DNA of 61,381 nt from Octopus bimaculoides. Taxonomy: Eukaryota. The stretch lies in contig NC_069005.1 of NCBI RefSeq assembly GCF_001194135.2, positions 29,520,194 through 29,581,574 on the forward strand, written 5' to 3'. Every line of letters starts with the position of its first letter. Position 1 is the stretch's first letter. Of the stretch, positions 36,873 to 50,220 are shown piece after piece. A program made the translations under genes and the position numbers. The notes under the pieces were generated by a model that was not told where the DNA came from, did no database searches, and was given only the letters and a program-made list of their open reading frames with translations.

Positions 36873-37275
36873 ATCGTTGCCAGTGCCGATGGACTGGCCC
36901 CTGTGCAGGTGACACGTAAAATACACCATTTCGAATGTGGCCGTTGACCGTTACCAACGTCGCCTCCCTGGCACGTGAAAAGACATTCAAGTGAGATTGT
37001 TGCCAGTGCCGCTGGACTGGCTCCTGTGCAGGTGGCATGTAAAATACACAATTTCGAGCGTGGCCGTCGCCAGTACCGCCTGACTGGCCCTCGTGCCAGT
37101 GGCACATAAAAGCACCCACTACACTCTCAGAGTGGTTGGCGTTAGGAAGGGCATCCAGCTGTAGAAACTCTGCCAAATCAGATTGGATCCTGGTGTCGCC
37201 TCCTGGTCCACCAGTCCTCAGTCAAATCGTCCAACCCATGCTAGCATGGAACGCGGACGTTAAACGACGATGATG
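36873..37275 (+). mobile_element. Family-G retroposon with RTE-type tail and internal tandem modules
   Basis: Tail AGGAAGGGCATCCAGCTGTAGAA...GGACGTTAAACGACGATGATG; TSD ATTTTAAAA(G/A)TAG at 36860-36872 and 37276-37288. Confidence 0.85.
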
Positions 37276-38699
37276 ATTTTAAAAATAGGCAGTTTTCATA
37301 AAATAATTGAAACCAAGTGATTTCAGGCCAGCGATTGTATCAAACAATCAGCAGAAAGTGACAAAACAAATGTATTTATTTTCAAACAGATTAAGTCGGA
37401 TAAAGGCCAGAGATGTTTAGGATAGCCAGATTAGAAGATATTAGACAAAAACTAATACAAAAACAAAATAATTATGTAACACACCATAGGAGCTCTAAGT
37501 TAATTTTAAATGCTTAGCTATTAGTGTAATTTAAACCCTAAAATTATGTAAACTTATTTGCTTCGTGCTGTGTTAAGACTTCCATCCCTACTGCACACAT
37601 ACCAACAGATTAATTTTCAATGAATGAATGAATGAATAAATAAATAAATAAATATATTATATACACAGATTTATACAAACATGACTAGAGTTTGTAAGGC
37701 CTTGCCTTACTCCAGAGCTGAACTAGAGTCTCCTATATTGAAATCATGATCCTTTGACCCGAGATCCATATGCTCACTTTCTCATGTTTTTCTTATACAA
37801 AATTAATTAGCTTTTAAAGGTAACTAAGGGAGAGGACATTGAGGAAATTGCAAAAAATAAGATACAATTTTAAAAAAATTAAGCAGCCAAACAAGGAACT
37901 CACTGGAATGATAATGTCATTGCCATACCAAAGTAATTTAAGATGAACAGGATGCTTTATTTTATGTAGATTACTATGTCACTGTGCTGTGTTCAAATAA
38001 AGTCCGGATAACTTCAGTTTTATATCTCCACCCAACAAATCCAAAATAAAAGCAGACAAAATTATAAAGAGTACAACACAAAATGTACTGTGACCATAAA
38101 TACATATTTATGCCAACTGGAGCATAGACATTCTAAATTATAAAAGTTGGCTTAGTTACTCTGAACTTTACTGTCAGTAAAACAGTTGGTTGCCTGAGAG
38201 AGCTCAACAGTTACTATTTTATGGCCCAAAACACTATTTGAATTGGGGTTACAAGTAGCTCTGGACTCAGTGCCAATTGCAGTAACTTGCATTACTGAAG
38301 AGTTAATGAAAAGAGAAAAAATTGCATCCATAAAGCTCTCTTTGTTATGATATTGCACAATTTTAAAAAGTTTGTAATCAATTGTATAGAACATACCAAT
38401 TTGGTACACCCCCAACTTTTCATTCTTCACAGCTCTCTTCTTTACAGCAAGGCCTACGGCTGTCCTCTAGGAAACACTGGTCTGGTGTATTTCTTACAAT
38501 AATCTTTACTAAAAACCAAAATGTCTCAGAAGAATATTTGCTGTTGTTCTACTGAATAAATAGCTAACTTGCAGAGTTGCTCTGGTGTCATAGTGTTAGC
38601 AAAGTATTCAAAGATAATTATAATTTTATAATTCAAAGTTAACAAACAAGACTAAAAAACAAAAAGGTCCAAGAGTCAACATTTAACTGGTAAGATGAA

Positions 38700-38897
38700 A
38701 AATGTTCTAATTTTGTTACAAGGCCAGTAATTCCGAAGGGGAGGGGAGCCAATTACATCAACCTCAGTGTTTGACTGGTACTCAATTTTATCAATTCTGA
38801 AAAGATGAAAGGCAAAGTCAACCTTGGTGGCATTTGAGCACAAAATACAAAGAGCCAGAAGAAATGCTAAGTATTTTGCCAGGTGTAGTAACGATTA
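38700..38897 (-). mobile_element. Family-B SINE
   Basis: AATTTTGTTACAAGGCCAG...GATGAAAGGCAAAGTCAACC. Confidence 0.7.
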
Positions 38898-39185
38898 ATA
38901 AGTATGTTGTGAGAAGGTGGAATGCTAACACACATCGCAACAAAAACATGATGGATTAGTAAAAAAGATGCCATAGTGTTGGCTTGTATAGTAAGTGTTA
39001 CAATACTAACACAGTGAGTGCATAACTAACTACATTCTAATTATTGAAAGTGTAGAGAGAAGGAATGAAATGTGATAGGTTTTCTAATCAATGATCAAAA
39101 GCCCATTGCAAGGAATTCTTGAAATTGCACCAAGATAGTAAATTACAGTTTAGTTTCAGCCATAACCAGTTATAGAAGAAGGTTT

Positions 39186-39408
39186 TTAACCCTCTGCCAG
39201 TCCAAAATATTTTCATAACTATTCTAAACATCCATGATTATTTTCAGACTTTTGGTTAGCCCTTGTTTCATACCTTCTCAGTAATATAAAGCTTTCCTAA
39301 GTCCCAAGTGGTTTTTTAAAAAGATCTACAAATGTATATCATAGTATGGATACCGGGGAAATATTTCCTGCGTATCACATGCGATACACAGGACAGGTAA
39401 TGGGTTAA
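39186..39408. mobile_element. Possible TTAA-flanked MITE (third piggyBac-like family)
   Basis: TTAACCCTCTGCCAGTCC versus reverse-complemented right end TTAACCCATTACCTGTCC; single copy here. Confidence 0.4.
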
Positions 39409-40049
39409 GAGATTTAAATATTCAGTGACTGCAGAAGACCTGGTCAGCGAAAAATAATTAAAATTACAAGGTATTGGGATGAAAATTGAGAAATGATGCT
39501 CAAGTAATCATTTAAAATGTATTTTTAAATGCTTACAGAAGAGGAATATATAAAGAATGTTTTAGCAAAACTTCAACAATATTATGAAGGAAAGGAGATA
39601 TCAATAAGATATCTAACATAAATCTAAAACAGTTTCAACCGACAACATATCTAAGAACTAAATGAAACTGAGAACAAAGGAACCACAATGTGGCTGGATT
39701 GATATTCTAGAGATAGTTGCAAACAGTCTATCTTTAAAAAAAAGAAGCTAAGGGGTTAATTTACCCTTTTTAACATGGTAAAGTATAATGAGGGAGATTT
39801 AGCTACTGTTCCTACAAGCAAGAGTCTATACAGGGATACTATTGTTGGTACAATAACTTATGGGTATATTAAGCTAGTTTTCATACAAAAATTTCTTACA
39901 TAAATCCAAGACAAAAATTTACTAATGTATCTCGTCATCCATAAGATAAAATTATTTGGTTGGGAATTAAATTTAAGTAATATTGTTAATCAGACAGGTT
40001 GATATTCAAAGGATTGGCCACTGCAAAACTTGCAAGAATGAATATTGTT

Positions 40050-40331
40050 CATTTAACGTCCGCTTTCCATGCTAGCATGGGTTGGACGATTTGACTGAGG
40101 ACTGGTGAAACCAGATGGCTACACCAGGCTCCAATCTGATTTGGCAGAGTTTCTACAGCTCGATGCCCTTCCTAACACCAACCACTCCGAGAGTGTAGTG
40201 GGTGCTTTTACGTGCCACCGGCACGAAGGCCAGTCAGGCGGTACTGGCAACAGCCATGCTCAAAATGGTGTATTTTATGTGCCACCCGCACAAGAGCCAG
40301 TCCAGGGGCACTGGCAACGATCTCGCTAGAG
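40050..40331 (-). mobile_element. Family-G retroposon (inverted relative to 36873-37275)
   Basis: Reverse complement is colinear with the 3' part of the 36873 copy, roughly 90% by eye. Confidence 0.85.
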
Positions 40332-41696
40332 GGAAAGAAAAAAAAAACTGATAAAAGTGTGATTAAAGATAATAACAAATATATGCTTCAATAATTCCAA
40401 CAAATTTTTTTTCCTTTAGAACTTTTCACTGAATTACAAAGTTACAGTTTGATCTACAGATCAATGATTGAACTATAAACAACACAGATTTCAAATGGTT
40501 TGTTAGATAAACAAACAGGATATAAAGTACACACAATCCGTACAATCATGAATTCAGATATTCAGGCAAATGTGCCAATGCAAGAGATAAACATTTTATG
40601 CAATAATTTTAACAAAAATATCATGGATATTATTGTGCCCGCCTTTGAAAATTGGCACACCTTTTGAATTCTGACCAATAACCATAGAAATTACTTTAGC
40701 TGCCAAATATGCCTAACATTGCTAAGGCTATTTCCAGAAACAAATTTCTATGAAAAGAATAAAATAAAAAAAACCTTGAAGCATTTAAGCTCACCATTCC
40801 TTCCTGCACAGTTTAATTATTCGGACACTATATCACAATGAAAGAAACAAACTATCTGAGAATCCATTATTTCAGTAAATAGTTTTAATAATAGCTTAGC
40901 ATGGAAATAATTGATGAGTTCACCAGTTGCTAACTGGAACAACTGGAGAAATATGACCCACACCATAGAAATCATTTTAGCTACCAAATATAGCAAATAA
41001 TTGTAATATAATATTAAAAGGAGGACAGGCTCAAGGACATGGACATTGAAACCAATATAAATCCTGATTGGAAATCAATACTGGACAAAAATTAGAGTTG
41101 AGAAACAACTGTGAAACAAACAAACTATAGGGAATATTTTCCCCACTCACACTTTTTGTTTGTTTTGCTTCTGTCACTGGAATAAATCAACAACGCAATA
41201 GAAGCTAATTTTAGATTTAGTAAACAAAATTGACTTGATAGGTGATAAAAGACTATGTAAGCAGTAGATAAGGACAACTATCGAACGATGACAAATGGAC
41301 CGACATTCAAGTAGAAAACAGATGTTACTACACAAGTGCTAAAATCCATTGTAACTAGTAAGATACATCTGAGCGATGCATCTGTGTTGTGTTTAGGTTT
41401 AAGTCAGTCCTGATTGGGTAGAACTAAAATCGAAAGGCATTGCAGCCACGACCATCATGTCTTTTTTTTAGAGACACTGTGCAATGGTGTCTTTTAACCC
41501 TTACTCAAGATAGCAAGGTGTAACTTGGAGGAATTAAGCTGCTATTTTTAGGTGGTTGAATGATCACATGGAGACATCCATCTTGGCTTGGTCCCCCCCC
41601 CCTCTGTGTTGTTAGCAGTAAAGAAAAATCAAAATAAAACGTTTTTTTCTTTAGGGTGGGGGTAGGGTTTACAGTTCTATATTTAAGAGATAAGGA

Positions 41697-41908
41697 ATTA
41701 TTTACATTTGACAGATATTTGTCCTCATCTTGTTTGTTCGATTCCTGGCAGTGACCTGAATAATAAACATCGAAAAAATACCTTAGGAATGAGAACCCAG
41801 GTTCGAAATTTCCCCAAGACACCTGATGAAGGCTGGAGGGTATGTCAGCTGAAACATTGTGTTAAGAACAAACAAGATGAGGACATATATCTGCCAAATG
41901 TAAATAAT
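41697..41908 (+). mobile_element. Penelope-like element pLTR fragment with inverted terminal segment
   Basis: 43-bp inverted repeat (41697-41739 / 41866-41908, 41/43 match) around a hammerhead motif; inverted truncated pLTR segments are typical of PLE insertions. Confidence 0.7.
41817..41863 (+). ncRNA. Minimal type-I hammerhead ribozyme (PLE type), CpG-decayed
   Basis: ACAC-C-CTGATGA-A-GGCTG(gagggtatgt)CAGCT-GAAAC-ATT-GTGT: core CUGANGA and GAAA, stem II, stem I ACAC/GTGT. Confidence 0.7.
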
Positions 41909-44900
41909 GTAAGAAAAAGATTACATAAAATTTTCGACACAGAATGAGGATCATCATAATGTGTCTTCCATGGTGGCTGGCATGGTTTAGATGACTCAGA
42001 CAAGCCAGAGGACTAGTTCAAGCCCCAGCGTCTAATTTGGCATGGTTTCTACAGCTAGATGCCTCCCCTAACATAAACCTCTTTACAGTGTGAACTGGGT
42101 GCTTTCTTTTTTCCATAGCATCAGCATTTGTGAAACACAAAAAACAAAAAAAAAAACTGAGTTTAACCCCAATTTATTTTGTTTCTCAAAAGGTCATATT
42201 GCTAAAAATGAAACATTGATAAAAATAAAAAAACTATATACAAAGTCATGAGATACATCAAGAAATCATTCAATTTCAATTAACTACTCTTATTTTGACA
42301 TCCAGTTTTGCCTGATGTTGTTAATGCCTTTGATTTATCTACTCAACCACAACTGGCGACAAACACAAAAACTAGCTGCTGGGTAAGTATTTTTTTCGTT
42401 TTTAAAAAAAATAGCACCAGTAAACATGTTTGACTGGATCCAAGTCAAACGTGTTTGTCCTGTTAGTCATGTGACATTTCAGAAACAGTTGTGTTTCAGT
42501 TATTTTAAATTGTATTATTATAACAATATGCCACTAAGAGAAACCAGATGAAATTGAACTGACGAAGAGTACAGTATATACGATCACATGACTTGCAGTA
42601 AAATCTGCCTTGGATCGGACCTATGATCTTATAAACAGAAAAGGGCAAACATTAGACAACGTCATTCAAGAAGTACTGCTGTATTTTTTTTGTTGTTGGT
42701 TTCTCAGGACAATGGTTTGCTGGACTATGGCCATGTTTGAAGCAATGTCTTCAAGAGTTATAGACAATTGTAATGACACCGGTACTTAGACTGGTACTTC
42801 TTTCGTTGATCTTTATTGAATAGATAAAGCTTGCTTTTTAAAGTAAGGTGAAGACACCAGTTTCATACAAGGATGCCTTCCACTCACAATGCATTAGTCA
42901 ACAGTAGAAGAGACTTGGTCAAATACTCTATTTCGGTGGTGGTAGGAGTGAGAAATCAAGAAGAGACCATTCCTCTCCATGCTATATCCAAAGGGGTTGA
43001 ACCTGGCATTGAGGCCAGGTGAAATTTTACAGTGTTGTTCATACACTGATTATGCTGCTTTGAGACCCAGGTCAGCCCTTACTAAATAGATCCATAATCA
43101 AAAGCTCTCCATCAATAACCACCCTGTCCTACTGAGCATCTTAGACTATATTATTCAATAGTAATTTGAAGGATATTGAGCTGCCATTTCTAGCAAACTG
43201 ACAGGCCATATAGAGCAGTCATATGCAACCTGTGACCTGCAGGACTTTCTGAATGGCATACCCAACAAAATATTACTTTGAATTTTTTTGTTTAGTAATG
43301 CAGTCCACTTGATGCAGAGCAATGTCTCATGCAGCCTGCTTCTCAAAAGATGTTACTCATTCATACCCAGTATAAAGATTCCAACACCACTTTAAGCTAA
43401 GAGCACCACTGGGCCCTTTGAAAACTGAAGTGTCTTGATTCCAACCACAACACACCACCAAAACATGAACCAATGACCTTTCATTTAGGGGTCCCAGTTA
43501 CCCTATTTATTCAGTAAAACTGCACCACTGAAACATAATATTGAAAAAGGAGAAATGGTAAACACCGTGATTGGCTCTGAATTCGGAAGATTTAAAATAA
43601 CAACTTAGAGTTTACTGATCTTAAGAGGGTATTCAAATAACTGAAGCACAAGGAGAGCACACATATGGTTTGGGCGTTTTTCTCTGTCTCTCCTCATCCA
43701 TAACTTTACATTAAACCTGCTTAAAAAAATACTTTTGAATGTTTATTATACATACACAAATATATATACACATAAAAATATACTAACATACACAGCAAAG
43801 AAACACCCCCTAAAACTTACACACACACACACACACACACAAACAATATTTTGACAAGAGTGAAGATGGATTAACCCTTTTGCTACAAATTCCTTACACT
43901 GGCTTGATGAAAAATCCTCATTTTAAACTACTTGTATTTCTGTTAAAACCTTCCAACAGTTTTATCTTCAGAAATCTTCCAAATGTTAGGTTTCAAAAAC
44001 TAGCTTCATAACGAAATGTTGCACTAAAAATCACTCCAAATTCTTCATTACATTCAAAATTAATTGAAATGCATAATAGGTAAGTGTGTTTCATTACATT
44101 AAAGTTTTAGGGTTCCTTAACTTACTCATAGAAGCATTAGTCATTTAGCCCCAGGTTAGCCTGACACAGCAGTACAATGACCAAAGATATTTTACCTGTG
44201 ATCATCTCTTATTTTGATAGTATTTAGGACTGCATTATCCAAAGTGTCCTTTTTATGACAGAAGAGCGCAATTTGAGGAAGATTCAGATGCCATTATTAA
44301 CAAGTTGAGTAACCACACAGGCTGCTTCACCTTCATTCCAAACCAAGTCAACTTGCAACAAGCACACCAGTCAATATGTGCATTCCAGTTACAAGTCCAC
44401 CGAGTCACATGCAGCGTATGCACAGTCCAGTCACATGTGGCACATGCACACTCTAGCCACAAGCCCACCCAGTCACAAGAACACTTACTAATAAATGCCA
44501 CAGGTGGCCTATCGCTGTCTTTTACTCTTAGATACAAAAACCTCAAATTTATACGCAACAATTTAAAAAATAGAATCTGTTTATTTTAATTAATGTCTTA
44601 GTATTGATTATAAACTAAATAAATCCGAATATGTCAATGTGTTAAACCTTAATGAATAGTCTCGTTATTGGACATAAAATAAATAAATGCTTTCAGAACA
44701 CTTCATAATAACACACTATAATAGCATAGTGTCACTAGAAATACTTCTGTAATCCAATCTTAAAACACTATTTCACACTGATTTCAAACACACACACACA
44801 CACACTTATCTGTTTGAATGTTTATAATGAAGTCCTTGTTTTGTGTTGGTGATTAAATATTTGCTTTTGGTACTAATCATCTTACCAGTCACCCAATGGA

Positions 44901-45497
44901 ACCAAGTAGATTTATGAAAACTTAATTTTGGAAACTTAATATTCTTTGATGATTTTTTTTCTTTTAGGCAAAAAATTTGTTTTACTTTTTACTCAGAGGA
45001 GGAAGAGCAGCATTTGTGACCTTTTACCAGGGTCACATAAATTGGTGGGAGGAAAGAGGAGGAAACTTCAACCCTCAGCCATGTTCTAAATATTTGCAAC
45101 AGTAAGGAGTGGGTGACTTCATGAAATCACAGAATAGTCCAGCCAATAGGCCACCACAGTTTTCTGTTGACACAATTTCATTGATAAACTTAGGGCGACA
45201 TGAGACTACGGTAGAATAAGGCCCCAAGGTGCCAAACTGAGATGAATTTGGAATCCAATGACTGCAAATGCAACACACACTACTACTTGCTTGCAACTTA
45301 GCATCCAAAGTTTATGTTTGAATAACAACAAAAACCTCACGCTCATTCACCCTCAAAATATGCTAAGAAACATAAATGGGATAACATCTGACAACTAACC
45401 AAGTCTTAGTTTTAGAACTGTATTACATACACTTGGACTGATTCAATCAACCCTTTGATTAAAAAAATTCCCTGTAGCACTTAGCTACATTCTATGA

Positions 45498-45721
45498 TTA
45501 AACTTTTTATCATTTAAACTGGACATATTCAGCCAATATATTCTACTAGTTTTATGCTCAAACTGGCCAAATCTGGTCTCTCACACCAACCTACAATGTC
45601 ATTCTAAAAATTAACAGTTAGCTCATCAAAATCTTGAAACTACAAAATAATGTATAATTAGTTAAAAACAATAAGAATAAATATAACGATTGATGGAGAA
45701 ATCTAAATGCTAAAGGGTTAA
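45498..45721 (-). mobile_element. piggyBac-like MITE family E
   Basis: Right end AAATGCTAAAGGG|TTAA; body matches the E reverse complement. Confidence 0.7.
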
Positions 45722-45973
45722 ATTCACCTGGACTCCCTGTGTATTTCATCTTTTCAAGACTAATAAAATGTACTGAAGCTCACTCAACTACTATGTTCAG
45801 CTTGTGCCACAGCTGAAAATATACTTTGAAATTGAGGACAATGTCTACAAAATCTGAAATTGAATTGATAAAATTATGAAGGCCATTACAAAAGCCACTT
45901 CTTTCAGGCAGATGTTAAGAGAGGTGTTGGGGGAAAACTTCAATGGTCAATAAAAGCAAATCACAACAACGAG

Positions 45974-46024
45974 CAGTTTGTTTCTATAAAAAGTAGTCCA
46001 GTTTGTTTCTATAAAAAGTAGTCC
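45974..46024. repeat. Perfect 25-bp tandem duplication
   Basis: CAGTTTGTTTCTATAAAAAGTAGTC x2. Confidence 0.95.
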
Positions 46025-46903
46025 GAGAGCACAAGTGATATGTAGTTTTGACTTTGCCCAGTTGTATAATGAAGTTGAAAGAAATATTTCAACACTGAAG
46101 ATAAAATTTTTTTTATCCCAATGCAATTAGTAATCTGAGCTTGTCAACATAATGGTAGTGTTGGACTTAATTCTATGTTTAGATCTAATACAGGTTAATT
46201 TAACCTTTTCATCTGTAAAAGGAAAACAAGAGTGGAAGAACACATACAATATACTAGGGTAAAAAAAAATCAAAACCAACACTTGGGATAGAAAAGAGAT
46301 AAGGGTTAAGTCCAACACCAATAAACATACGATCTTGCACATCATTCGATTCCTTCATCATTTCTTCAGTGAAGGCCATGCTTTATCAGTGTCAGGAACT
46401 GGATGTCCTGTATTGGTCATAAAATTGGAAATATTAGCAATTAAAGTTTTCTTTACTTAATTAAACTATCATATCCAAATGCTCTGTTGATAATTACATT
46501 TCTTAATGTTGAATTCATTGGGTGAGTTTCAAACAGATCTCTAGCTAACTAATTGGGTTCTCTCAGAATGCAAACAAGGGTTAGATAATAACAACAATGC
46601 AGTCATAAGTCTGGCTACAGATTAAGGATTAAGAAGAGGGTAAAAATCTTAAGAGGGGAATAGTTTTCTTTTTCATAATATAGAAGAAAATCCAAGGCGC
46701 CAAAAATATCAAGAGATATCTGTTTCAGCTTAGTCTTAAGTGGGGAAAATGATAATGTCTGTGTTCTGAAGAAATAACTTGAATGATATCACCTTTAGTT
46801 CTCATGTGCACCATTTATAAACATGAAGCATAAGGCACTAATTAGCAACACATTATTTTACAGGACTAGGGTAAAAGATTTCTGAAAGAATCTGTGTATA
46901 CGT

Positions 46904-46966
<63 letters not shown>

Positions 46967-47737
46967 NNNNNNNNNNNNNNNNNNNNNNNNNNNNNNNNNN
47001 NNNNNNNNNNNNNNNNNNNNNNNNNNNNNNNNNNNNNNNNNNNNNNNNNNNNNNNNNNNNNNNNNNNNNNNNNNNNNNNNNNNNNNNNNNNNNNNNNNNN
47101 NNNNNNNNNNNNNNNNNNNNNNNNNNNNNNNNNNNNNNNNNNNNNNNNNNNNNNNNNNNNNNNNNNNNNNNNNNNNNNNNNNNNNNNNNNNNNNNNNNNN
47201 NNNNNNNNNNNNNNNNNNNNNNNNNNNNNNNNNNNNNNNNNNNNNNNNNNNNNNNNNNNNNNNNNNNNNNNNNNNNNNNNNNNNNNNNNNNNNNNNNNNN
47301 NNNNNNNNNNNNNNNNNNNNNNNNNNNNNNNNNNNNNNNNNNNNNNNNNNNNNNNNNNNNNNNNNNNNNNNNNNNNNNNNNNNNNNNNNNNNNNNNNNNN
47401 NNNNNNNNNNNNNNNNNNNNNNNNNNNNNNNNNNNNNNNNNNNNNNNNNNNNNNNNNNNNNNNNNNNNNNNNNNNNNNNNNNNNNNNNNNNNNNNNNNNN
47501 NNNNNNNNNNNNNNNNNNNNNNNNNNNNNNNNNNNNNNNNNNNNNNNNNNNNNNNNNNNNNNNNNNNNNNNNNNNNNNNNNNNNNNNNNNNNNNNNNNNN
47601 NNNNNNNNNNNNNNNNNNNNNNNNNNNNNNNNNNNNNNNNNNNNNNNNNNNNNNNNNNNNNNNNNNNNNNNNNNNNNNNNNNNNNNNNNNNNNNNNNNNN
47701 NNNNNNNNNNNNNNNNNNNNNNNNNNNNNNNNNNNNN

Positions 47738-47884
47738 TGTTCCATTTGAGTGCACTATGTTCCATTTGAGTGCACTATGTTCCATTTGAGTGCACTATGT
47801 TCCATTTGAGTGCACTATGTTCCATTTGAGTGCACTATGTTCCATTTGAGTGCACTATGTTCCATTTGAGTGCAGTATGTTCCA
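47738..47884. repeat. 20-bp minisatellite (TCCATTTGAGTGCACTATGT) x7, extending into the gap
   Basis: Six identical units plus one single-base variant. Confidence 0.97.
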
Positions 47885-47936
47885 AGCATTCAGACAAGTT
47901 CTCCAGCTTCTCTACCCATAGTTTCGCTACAGATGT

Positions 47937-48150
47937 TTAACCCTTTAGCATTCAGGTTACTGTCAAATGTAATGCTTATTTATTAACATTGTTTTGAATT
48001 AATCATGCATTATGGCATAGCTTTGAGATTTCAATGTGATCATTTTTCAGACTGACATTGTAGAGTACAAGTGAGAGGCTGAATCCAGCTGGCTTGAACA
48101 TAAAACAGGAATATTTGGCCCTGATATGACTGATTTAAATGAAGAGTTAC
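47937..48150 (+). mobile_element. piggyBac-like MITE family E
   Basis: TTAA|CCCTTTAGCATTCAGG start; degenerate right end. Confidence 0.7.
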
Positions 48151-48714
48151 ATTGGGCTACATCGATTCTGTTAGGAAAGATCTGCAAAAGCCATAGGCAG
48201 CACCACTCGTAACTTAAAGTTGAAAAAAATCTGCAATGTCAATTTTACCTTTTATCATTCTAGAATAGATTGGAATACAGTCAAATAGTAGGGTTGGTTT
48301 AATCAATTGCAGACATAACTCTGCAGACATAACTCTGGGCTAGTGCTTATGTTTTATCAGCAGCAAAATCCACAAAGCTAAGACCTTTGTACATTTTGCT
48401 GAAAGACAAAACATACTAGTAACTTATAATCGACCACCCAACTTCACTACCAATTAATTATGCTATACAGGCAAGTGAATATTAAGTCACTGACTTGGCC
48501 ATACAACCAGCTATTTGAGTTTAATAATAATAACTGTTTTGTTTTCTATCAATAACGAATGTGTCACATATGGTCCACAGCATCTAAAGTGGAGATTTGT
48601 TTGAGAAAAAAAAGTCATATCTACATTAATAGGTTGACTAAATAACAGACCTACATAAACTTTAGAATAAAAAAAAAATGATAAGATGGTCATTGTTGGA
48701 ACACTCTATCAGGA

Positions 48715-48940
48715 CTAACTAAACAACAAATCAACATTGGTGGAGGAGACAAACATGTAAAGACACACACACACACACACACACACACAATAGGCTTCTT
48801 TCAGTTTCCCCCTACCATATCTACTCACAAGGCTTTGGTCGACCTAAGGCTATAACAGAAGGCACTTACCGAAGGTGTCACACAACAGGACTGAACCTAG
48901 AACCATGTGGTTGGGAAGTAAACTTCTTACCACACAGGCA
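48715..48940 (-). mobile_element. Family-A SINE
   Basis: GGCTTCTTTCAGTTTCC...ACTCACAAGGCTTTGGTCGACC...GGACTGAACCTAGAACCATGTGG. Confidence 0.75.
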
Positions 48941-49729
48941 ATTATTCTTAGAGTAAGAGAAAGAAAAAAAGGAGGAAACAACATACCAAGAATTAAATCT
49001 ACCCATAATCTATCTTACAAGAGACCAAACGAGTGTGAAGTGCTAATTATAATAACAGCTAGTTATATACAAATAAGTTATAACACAGAAGTTACCATGA
49101 AAAAATCTCTCTCAAATTACATGCCCTACTGATCAGAGCTGACCGCGTGCTTAACAACAAAAAGGTGCATTACTCCAAGTCTGCCCACCTCTACAGTATC
49201 AATTTAAACATACAAAGTGGAATTTGGAATATTCTCCTTTTTCTATATAATATTCAGCTTACTCCATAATCAGCTGGTTAGATCTGGCTTGATCCTCGAG
49301 GAGAGAAACATATACACACACACAACTTGTCTTCCATTATAAAAACAAACCCAATGAAATACAGATGCAGTGTGTTGAAACCTATTTTAAACTCTAACAT
49401 ATAAAAACCTATTATAGACCATAAACAAATGATCCCACCGCCCCACTAAACGCTTTGTGCAAAGCTGAAAGTTGAACAAAGAAAGCTGTGTCATTGAAAT
49501 ATAATTTCTCTTAACTTGAAGTGTATGTATTGGCAGCAAGGACTTCCATTGTTTATGAAATAAATTCCATTTCAAATGCCCATGATGTTGTCTGTTGCTT
49601 TATTATACTGGGGAAATACAATTCATTCACAACCAACAGGAACTCTGGGTTCAATCAACCTCAATACTAACTACAACATCAATTGGTAAAAATGTGTGTG
49701 TGCATGTGTGAATGATGGTTAAGCATCAT

Positions 49730-50220
<491 letters not shown>

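Noticed and set aside
37068-37180. HDV-like ribozyme in the family-G tail
   Set aside because: Could assign a P3/L3-like hairpin but not consistent P1, P1.1 and P2 pairings.
44253-44589. Overlapping 102-aa and 94-aa ORFs with a repeated CDW motif
   Set aside because: Explained by a degenerate CCAGTCACA low-complexity repeat; no start context or splice support.
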